From NCBI GenBank assembly GCA_965243315.1, contig CBDEUP010000007.1:664221-728220 (forward strand): a stretch of 64,000 nt of DNA, given 5' to 3'. Each line of letters opens with the position of its first letter. The stretch's first letter is position 1. The notes under the pieces were generated by a model. The model did no database searches and was not told where the DNA came from. It saw only the letters and a list, made by a program, of their open reading frames with translations. Position numbers and translations under genes: made by a program. Positions 57,329 to 64,000 of the stretch are shown one piece after another. Source of the stretch: Alphaproteobacteria bacterium. GTDB lineage: Bacteria > Pseudomonadota > Alphaproteobacteria > UBA828.

Positions 57329-58543
57329 ATGCTAGTTGCGCCCCTGCTCAGGACGTTGATGAAGCGGGGCACGCTCCGCGTCATCGATGCGCGGGGCAAA
57401 CTCCACACCTTTGCAGGCGAGCCGGGGGACACCGTCACCATCCGGCTGCACGACCGCTCGCTCCACTGGAAGCTGTTGTTGAATCCTCGCCTCGTCGTCG
57501 GCGAAGCCTACATGGACGGCACGCTGACGATGGAGGACGACGCGACTATCCGCGATTTCCTGCACCTGGTCGGCGCGAACCTCCACCTGCTCGACGAGAA
57601 CGCGGTGATCAAGGCGCGCAATTGGCTCGCGCAATGGGTCCGCCCGCTGCAACAGCACAACCCGATCGGCCGCGCCCGGCAGAACGTGGCCCACCACTAC
57701 GACCTCTCGGACGACCTCTACGACCTCTTTCTCGACCCGGACCGGCAGTATTCCTGCGCCTACTTCGACACACCCAATCACTCGCTAGAGCAGGCCCAGC
57801 ACGCCAAGAAGCGCCACCTCGCGTCGAAGCTGCTGCTCGACCGGCCCGGCCTCAGCGTGCTCGACATCGGCTCGGGCTGGGGCGGGCTCGGCATCTACCT
57901 GCACGAGAAGACCGGCGCCAACGTGACGGGGCTGACCCTGTCGAAGGAGCAGCGGGCCTACGCCACGGAGCGCGCCCAGAAGCTCGGCATCCAGGATCAC
58001 GTTGCCTTTCACCTGCGCGACTACCGCGAGGACACCGGCACTTACGATCGGATCGTCTCGGTCGGCATGTTCGAGCACGTGGGCGTCAAGCACTACCTCG
58101 AGTTCTTCCGCAAGGTCGAGCGGCTGCTCAAGGAGGATGGCGTCGCCCTGCTTCACACCATCGCCCGTTGGGATGGGCCGAGCGTCACCAACCCGTGGCT
58201 GCGCAAGTACATCTTCCCGGGCGGCTATTGCCCGTCTCTCTCCGAGGTCTTCGCCGCGCTGGAGCAGACCGGTCTGAAGTCCCTGGACGTGGAGATGTTG
58301 CGCCTGCACTACGCCGATACGCTCAAGCACTGGTCGCGCAACTTCCGGGCGAACCGGGAGCGGGTGAAGGCGGTCTACGACGAGCGCTTCTGCCGGATGT
58401 GGGAGTTCTATCTGGCCGGCTCAGAGGCCGCCTTCCGCCATCAGGACCACATGGTGGCCCAGATCCAGCTCGCCCGGCGCCAGGATGCGGCGCCGCTGAC
58501 CCGCGATTACATGGTGGATTGGGAGCGCGCCCACGCGACCTGA
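57329..58543 (+). CDS. cfa: cyclopropane-fatty-acyl-phospholipid synthase family SAM-dependent methyltransferase
   Basis: 404 aa. HYDLSDDLYDLFLD, the SAM-binding VLDIGSGWGGLG, and the C-terminal FRMWEFYL motifs typical of the CFA synthase / mycolic acid synthase family. Confidence 0.85.
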   Translation: MLVAPLLRTLMKRGTLRVIDARGKLHTFAGEPGDTVTIRLHDRSLHWKLLLNPRLVVGEAYMDGTLTMEDDATIRDFLHLVGANLHLLDENAVIKARNWLAQWVRPLQQHNPIGRARQNVAHHYDLSDDLYDLFLDPDRQYSCAYFDTPNHSLEQAQHAKKRHLASKLLLDRPGLSVLDIGSGWGGLGIYLHEKTGANVTGLTLSKEQRAYATERAQKLGIQDHVAFHLRDYREDTGTYDRIVSVGMFEHVGVKHYLEFFRKVERLLKEDGVALLHTIARWDGPSVTNPWLRKYIFPGGYCPSLSEVFAALEQTGLKSLDVEMLRLHYADTLKHWSRNFRANRERVKAVYDERFCRMWEFYLAGSEAAFRHQDHMVAQIQLARRQDAAPLTRDYMVDWERAHAT

Positions 58544-58752
58544 TCAGGCAATGCTCCCCAGGCCCGTCTCGATCCGTTTTCCACAGAGTTGCTCACAACT
58601 AAAGTTCTCGAATGGTAGCGGGTTCGGCGGTTTCCCCCGCAAACGAGTCTATGTCAGCAAGGAAAGCGTGTAGAGAAATTTCCACGATATCCTCGATTTT
58701 CACGTGCGGAGCCGTGTAGAGCCGCTCGTCACGCACATGTCATAGTGCGTTC

Positions 58753-60240
58753 ATGGCCACTCGAGTCCCTCTACAAGAAGCGACAAACGAGACGCCGGGC
58801 TACCGCTCCCCACCGAGCAACCTCGAAGCCGAGCAGGCGCTGCTCGGCGCGCTGCTGGTCAACAACGAAGCCGCCAGCCTGGTCAGCGCGTTCCTGTTGC
58901 CGGAGCATTTCTTCCTGCCGGTCCACGGCCGCATCTACGACGCCGTGCTCCGCATGGTCGAGCGCGGGCAGATCGCCAACCCCGTGACTCTCAAACATTA
59001 TTTCGAGCGTGACGAGGCGCTGGAGGAGGCCGGCGGCGGTCAGTATCTGGCCCGGCTCGCCGGCTCCGCCGTGACGGTGATCAACGCCGAACATTACGGC
59101 CGGGCGATCCACGACCTGGCGCTGCGCCGCTCTCTCGTCACCATCGGCGAAGAGGTTGTGAACGACGCCTACGACGGGCCGCTCGACCAGCCCGCGGCGG
59201 AGCAGATCGAAGCGGCCGAGCACAGCCTCTACCAGCTTGCCGAAGAAGGCCGCGTCGATCCCGGCGGCCAGCAGTTCGCCGCGCCGCTGACCAGCGCCGT
59301 CGAGATGATCAAGCAGGCCTATCAGCGCGACAGTCGGCTCACCGGCGCGCCGACCGGCTTTGTCGATCTCGACCGCCTGCTCGGCGGACTGCACGCCTCC
59401 GACCTGATCATCCTGGCGAGCCGCCCCGGCATGGGGAAGACGGCGCTCGCCACCAACATATCCTTCAGTGCCGCATCTACCTACAGCGCCGGCACCGAGG
59501 GAGGGCCGGCTGCCGACGGTGCAAGGGTCGCGTTCTTCTCGCTCGAAATGTCCGCCGAGCAGCTCGCAACGCGGATCCTCGCCGAACAGACCCAGATTAC
59601 GTCGGACAAGCTCCGGCGCGGCGAAGTGCGGGACGCGGATTTCGTCAAGATCGTCCAAGCCAGCCAGGCGATGGAAGCGCTGCCGCTGTTCATCGACGAC
59701 ACACCCGCGCTCACCATCGCGGGCCTGCGCGCCCGCGCACGCCGGCTCAAGCGCCGCCACGGCATCTCGCTGATCGTCGTCGACTATCTGCAGCTCATGC
59801 GGCCGACGACGAGCATGCGGCTCAACAACCGCGTGCAGGAGGTCTCCGAGATCACGCAAGGCCTCAAGGCGCTGGCCAAGGACCTGGATTTGCCGGTGTT
59901 GGCGCTGGCGCAGCTCAGCCGTGCGGTGGAGCAGCGCGACGACAAGCGGCCGCAGCTTGCGGACCTGCGCGAGTCGGGCTCGATCGAGCAGGACGCGGAC
60001 GTGGTCATGTTCCTTTACCGCGAGCAGTACTACCTCGGACGCAAGGAGCCGGAAGAGGGCACCGCCGACCACGCCGAGTGGCAGGAAAAGATGGACAAGG
60101 TCCACAACAAGGCGGAGGTCATCATCGCCAAGCAGCGCCACGGGCCGATCGGCAAGATCGAGCTCTATTTCAACGCGCTGCTGACCAAGTTCGACAATCT
60201 CGACAGGGGCCACGCGTCGGGCGACGACCCGCCTTTCTAA
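58753..60240 (+). CDS. dnaB: replicative DNA helicase
   Basis: 495 aa. N-terminal primase-interaction domain (PPSNLEAEQALLGALL), Walker A GMGKTA, and the RecA-like C-terminal domain motifs. Confidence 0.95.
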   Translation: MATRVPLQEATNETPGYRSPPSNLEAEQALLGALLVNNEAASLVSAFLLPEHFFLPVHGRIYDAVLRMVERGQIANPVTLKHYFERDEALEEAGGGQYLARLAGSAVTVINAEHYGRAIHDLALRRSLVTIGEEVVNDAYDGPLDQPAAEQIEAAEHSLYQLAEEGRVDPGGQQFAAPLTSAVEMIKQAYQRDSRLTGAPTGFVDLDRLLGGLHASDLIILASRPGMGKTALATNISFSAASTYSAGTEGGPAADGARVAFFSLEMSAEQLATRILAEQTQITSDKLRRGEVRDADFVKIVQASQAMEALPLFIDDTPALTIAGLRARARRLKRRHGISLIVVDYLQLMRPTTSMRLNNRVQEVSEITQGLKALAKDLDLPVLALAQLSRAVEQRDDKRPQLADLRESGSIEQDADVVMFLYREQYYLGRKEPEEGTADHAEWQEKMDKVHNKAEVIIAKQRHGPIGKIELYFNALLTKFDNLDRGHASGDDPPF

Positions 60241-60267
60241 TCTTCTGTTCGAAAGGTGTCTGGGCGT

Positions 60268-60768
60268 TTATGCGGCGGCGATCACCGCCTTCTTGGGAAG
60301 CCGGGCCGGAACCCGCCCGCCCAGCACATCCAGCAGCACCTCGACCCTCTCGCGCGGTGCAAGCCGGATGACGACCGCCGCGCACTCCACGAAGGGGCCG
60401 ATCGCGATGGTGACGGCATCTCCCGGCTGCAAATCGGGCGGCGCGGGTGTGCTCACGCCGTCAGCCCCGGTCGCCTCCCGCAATGCAGCAACGAATTCGC
60501 CGGGCAGCGGCTGAGGCCGCGGGCCGTCGGCGAGAAGCCGCTTCACCCCGAAGGTGCCGTTGATGGCGCGCCAGGGCTCGCGCCCGATATCGAGTTCCAC
60601 GAACAGGTAGCCCGGGAAGAGCGGCGCGTGCCCGCTCTCGAAGCGCTTTGCGCGGCGCCGGGAGCGTTACATCACCGGCAGCCACACCCGATACCCCTGG
60701 CGCGCCAGGTTTACCTCGGCACGCTGCTCCTGATGGGGCCGCGTGTGAACCACGTACCACTTACTCAT
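60268..60768 (-). pseudogene. NusG/RfaH-family transcription antitermination paralogue interrupted by an in-frame TAA after codon 33
   Basis: Strong GGAGG ribosome-binding site plus ATG at 60768. The N-terminal NGN motif MSKWYVVHTRPHQEQRAEVNLARQGYRVWLPVM is followed by TAA (60667..60669). The same frame continues (RSRRRAKRFESGHAPLFPGYLFVELD ... KOW-like GDAVTIAIGPFVECAAVVI) to the stop at 60268. Total of 166 codons, like RfaH. Confidence 0.7.
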
Positions 60769-61060
60769 CACTAACCTCCGACCGGCTGCAACTGAGGCGC
60801 CGGAACTTGCTGAACCAGAACCACTCCCAGCCATCATATCTCTTATCGAACAAATAGGTTATATAAATAGAACAAATCATGTATCTAGCGGCGGCAGTGG
60901 CGGCCGGTGCGGTGTGACCGATACAGATATGGGGTGCGACAAGGATGGCCGGGAGGTCCCCGCTCTATGAGCCCGCACTTCTCACCACGGTCACGGCCTG
61001 CGTCCAGATTCGGCCGACGCCACAGCCAATCCGAAAACCGGAAAACCCAGAATCGAGTAG

Positions 61061-61642
61061 CGCCTGCAAGGGAACCGGCGTACCCCGCTGACCCGCTTCC
61101 TGTCCCGCGAGGAGGCCGCCCGCCTGCACCGCATCCTCGACGGACAGATCGGCAAGAACGGCCAAGAGCAGGCGGACATCGTCCGTCTTCTGCTGCTCAC
61201 CGGATGCCGCAAAACCGAGATCGTGCAACTTCGCTGATCCGAGGTTCAGGAAGACGCGCTCATGCTGGCCGACACCAAGACCGGCGCGAGGAAAGTCGTG
61301 CTCAACACCCTGGCTAGGCGCATCCTCGAACGCCAGCCGCGTGGAGAAAGCCCGTTCGTTCTCCCTTCTCCGCGCGATCCGCCGCGGCCGCGCAGCCTCG
61401 ACCTCGGGCTCTGGTACCGGGTCCGGCGGGAGGCCGGCATCGAGGACTGTCGTCTCCACGACCTGCGCCATACCGTGGCCAGTCACGCGGTGACGAACGG
61501 CGTGCCGGTCCCGGTGGTCTCCAGGCTCATTGGACACACCAATGTCCGAATGACCCTGCGCTACGCCCACCTCGCCGACCGCGATGTCGAAGCCGCCGCG
61601 GAAAGGGTGGGACAAGCCATCGCCGACATGATGGACTTGTAG
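61061..61642 (+). pseudogene. tyrosine-type site-specific integrase remnant: catalytic C-terminal half only, with a Trp-to-TGA nonsense codon
   Basis: LLLLTGCRKTEIVQLR then TGA (61235..61237), which sits where the conserved Trp of the LRW box is expected. It continues in frame with DTKTG ... LHDLRHTVASH ... LIGHTNVRMTLRYAHL (the R-H-R-Y catalytic residues). An in-frame TAG at 61058..61060 marks loss of the N-terminal 200 aa or so. Confidence 0.75.
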
Positions 61643-62561
61643 ATCATGTGCAGGGACCGATGCAGGACCGGGCGAGATCGAGGAAAACGAGAGCGCGTTC
61701 CGAGCAAGTCCGTGAAGGCTTGGCTCGGAGCGGCGGCGCGCGCTGACGTGCCGTAGCTTACGATCACGAGAGGGCTGAGGACCCAGCGCCGCTCGCGTTT
61801 GCGACCTCTGGCCCAATCCACGTAGAGCATGGCACTCTCAGCACGATGAAGGTTTTCGATCCAGCGGCCGACACGGTGAGGGAGACGGTAACCCGCCGCG
61901 TGGGCCTGGAACCGCCTCACCAATGTGATCGGGTACGAAGCGTTCGCGCAAGCGGTTCAGGAAACCCTCGTTAGCCTGTGAGCGCGAGGACAGGGGACAA
62001 CCCCATCCCGGTGCCGCCCTCGAAGGGCTCTATCGTCGCGAGACCAACTACGACCTGCCCAAGATCGCGCTGTCCGAGTCCCTGGTTCGCCGAATGCTGT
62101 GTCCAGCAGCCCGTCGAAACATCGAGAACCGACCCATCGTCCGCATCTTGGACCGGTTGGCGGTACTTGCCGCTCGCAACCACCTGCCCATAACCCAGAG
62201 GACGAGAGATGCAAACCAGGAGTCAACGTTTCTCGGACTGAAGCGCCGACCACGGGCAAGGCGACAGCGAATAACCACAGGGAATACCCCTTTTTCGACT
62301 GGCACATAGTCGCGTACATAACCCAGATCGGACACGCTGTTGACAGACAGGAACCTCGAAGACCATGCTAACATAGGCAGTTGCTGGCCCATGCGTAACC
62401 ACGGGTCTCGGCAGTCCCGGCCGAGCCTTGAGAGTTTTGAAGAAGGACCGCCGGCAAGAGCCTGTACATCGCCGCCCCGCTTGAGCGGTGGAACGCGGGT
62501 GAAATGCCTCGGCCGTGCAGGCACTCTTATGACGCTGGGCTCTGAATAAGCCGGGAGTTCC

Positions 62562-62993
62562 ATGGAGGGAGGGAGCCTCGTGGCAAACGAATCAGCACTC
62601 CAGCAGGGCTGGGCACTGAATGCGACCGAGGACTTCATCACAAGAACCTATGTTCTTCCGCTGCTGACCGACGAGCGTTCACGCGAACGCCTGGTCGACG
62701 AGCATCGGAAGAACCCGATCGGCGTCGCCGGGAAGGGCGGCAAGCCCGGTACCGGACACAGTACCGACTTGGTGCGCGTTCTCGATAAATTCCGCCGTGC
62801 GCCTCAAGCGGGGAAATACTGCCGTGTATGCACAAAGCCGCATGAGGAATGGCGCATCGGTATCTTTTCGGGAATACGGGGAGAGCCCATAAAGATTTTG
62901 CCGGAGGCGTTCGCCTCCGAAGATGATTGTGAGCACGCGATTTTCTTGAAGCGAATCGACGATCTCCTCGAGGCGTATAGAAGGAACCGGTAG
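62562..62993 (+). CDS. hypothetical 143-aa protein; possible small subunit of an N,N-dimethylformamidase-like enzyme (weak inference from gene order)
   Basis: Intact ORF with a GGGAG ribosome-binding-site-like sequence. Sits about 70 bp upstream of the large gene. No recognisable domain by eye. Confidence 0.35.
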   Translation: MEGGSLVANESALQQGWALNATEDFITRTYVLPLLTDERSRERLVDEHRKNPIGVAGKGGKPGTGHSTDLVRVLDKFRRAPQAGKYCRVCTKPHEEWRIGIFSGIRGEPIKILPEAFASEDDCEHAIFLKRIDDLLEAYRRNR

Positions 62994-63064
62994 GCGCTGT
63001 CCCATCCTGTTCGCCATTTGTGATCTCGGCTGACCGGACTTTCGGACGCACAAGGAGCTGGGAG

Positions 63065-64000
63065 ATGTTGCGCATTGCAGGTTACGCGGATCGCTTTTCC
63101 GTACATCCAGGCGAGGAGATTCGCTTTTGCGTGAGCAGTGAGCGCTCGGAACCTTACCGAGCGGAGCTCGTCCGTCTCATCCACGGAGACACAAACCCTG
63201 ACGGGCCGGGTTACAAGGAGGCGGCCGTTCCTTCATCGATTAGCGGCGACTATCAAGGCAAGCATCAGCGGATCTACGCCGGCTCTTACGCAATCGTCCC
63301 CGATCACCCGCTTCTGCACGTTCGGGCCTTCACGCTTCAGGCGTTTATCTTTCCCACGACGCCGACCAAAGGCCTGCAGGGACTGATCACGAAGTGGGAC
63401 GCACCCAAGGAATGCGGCTACGGCCTCTTCATCGATGACGATGCCACGTTGGCCCTTTGGGTCGGAGATGGCAGCGGTCGTGTCGAGCGAGTTTCCAGCG
63501 GCAAGCCGCTTCTCCGCAACGTCTGGTACGCGATTGCCGCCTCTTTCGATCCCTCGGCCGGCCGGGTGCAACTTTATCAGGAGCCGATCGTCACGCGCGC
63601 CAATGGCGGCCACGGCATGTCGCTGTTGCACCCCGTCGATGAAACGACGGCATTCGTCGAAACATCGACCTCACTGCAGGGGCCGGGCTCAAACGACTGT
63701 CCGCTCTTGATGGCGGCATTCACCGAGCAGGTTGCCTCGGGACGGTCGGTGTTTGGCGGAATTTACAAGCAACTCGAAAACCCCCTGGGCCTGCCAATTC
63801 AAGGTGGGAACTACAACGGCAAGATCGACCGGCCGAGGCTGTCGAGCGCTGCGCTCGCGCGTCACGACATCGAGGCTCTAGCGCCAAGCTTCCGCTCATG
63901 TCCGAGCCGGATCAAGCCGGACGTGGTTGGCGCTTGGGATTTCCACGCCAATATCGTTCCCAACGCTGCCTCCACGCATATCATCGACGGCTCTCCCAAC
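63065..64000 (+). CDS. N,N-dimethylformamidase large (beta) subunit-like protein, 5' part (the ORF is open to the end of the window and is absent from the ORF track because it has no stop)
   Basis: AAGGAG ribosome-binding site 8 nt upstream of the ATG. 312 codons without a stop. The N-terminus MLRIAGYADRFSVHPGEEIRFCVSS...ELVRLIHGDTNPDGPGYKE and the later WDFHANI resemble the jellyroll N-domain of DmfA2-family amidohydrolases. Identity is by recollection only. Confidence 0.45.
   Translation, partial: MLRIAGYADRFSVHPGEEIRFCVSSERSEPYRAELVRLIHGDTNPDGPGYKEAAVPSSISGDYQGKHQRIYAGSYAIVPDHPLLHVRAFTLQAFIFPTTPTKGLQGLITKWDAPKECGYGLFIDDDATLALWVGDGSGRVERVSSGKPLLRNVWYAIAASFDPSAGRVQLYQEPIVTRANGGHGMSLLHPVDETTAFVETSTSLQGPGSNDCPLLMAAFTEQVASGRSVFGGIYKQLENPLGLPIQGGNYNGKIDRPRLSSAALARHDIEALAPSFRSCPSRIKPDVVGAWDFHANIVPNAASTHIIDGSPN

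Noticed and set aside
61650-61780. A tRNA or tmRNA fragment that might have served as the integrase attachment site, and a long-loop hairpin GAGCGGCG ... CGCCGCTC.
   Set aside because: There is no cloverleaf, no T-loop GTTCGA and no anticodon arm. Only an 8-bp stem with a loop of about 50 nt.
61643-62560. A possible transposase or relaxase gene in the island, from translated fragments such as NVIGYEAFAQAVQETLVSL and GLYRRETNYDLPKIALSE.
   Set aside because: The frames are riddled with stops and the fragments are short. I could not assign any family. I treat it as degenerate island DNA, not a feature.
1-64000. CRISPR arrays, rRNA genes and large tandem repeats.
   Set aside because: Apart from the 9-bp IS target duplication and short hairpins, I found no regularly spaced direct repeats and no rRNA-like conserved stretches anywhere in the window.

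Overview
The window is a gene-dense chromosomal segment with very high GC (about 68-70%), of an alphaproteobacterial type. Almost all of it is housekeeping and envelope genes that I recognise from their translated sequence. Listed 5' to 3':
- the 3' end of an enolase-superfamily gene, then rsmB, rpe, a heparinase II/III-like gene and cspA;
- a minus-strand NUDIX / membrane-fusion protein / RND permease / endonuclease V operon with overlapping gene junctions;
- an NAD-kinase-like gene, a run of three membrane-protein genes (one small two-helix protein and two DMT-superfamily transporters) and a periplasmic DsbA;
- an Amt ammonium transporter with a tightly linked 85-aa single-helix protein;
- an intact IS256-family insertion sequence with a 9-bp target duplication sitting in the amt upstream region;
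- an intradiol dioxygenase next to a five-gene ABC importer that has two ATPase genes, then a 2OG-Fe(II) oxygenase-like gene;
- a contiguous ccmD-E-F-G-H-I cytochrome c maturation operon;
- an EVE-domain gene, then holA-lptE-leuS, a DUF3576 lipoprotein and tRNA-Cys;
- an isochorismatase-like hydrolase plus two amidase-signature amidases;
- lptF-lptG-lptD-surA-rsmA, a GNAT acetyltransferase, gmk, yicC and mltG;
- fabF-acpP, a DMT transporter on the opposite strand, then fabG-fabD;
- rpsF-rpsR-rplI with unusual low-complexity extensions, a cyclopropane fatty acid synthase family gene and dnaB.

Directly after dnaB the GC drops and the last 3.7 kb looks like a decayed integrative island. It holds a NusG/RfaH-family gene with an in-frame TAA, an N-terminally truncated tyrosine integrase with a Trp-to-TGA nonsense codon, degenerate fragments, and a small-plus-large gene pair that I tentatively read as N,N-dimethylformamidase-like subunits; the large gene runs off the window end. 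There is also a DUF433/DUF5615 toxin-antitoxin-like pair between cspA and the efflux operon. I found no CRISPR array and no rRNA gene.

Many long ORFs on the opposite strand of real genes are artefacts of the high GC content and I have not called them.
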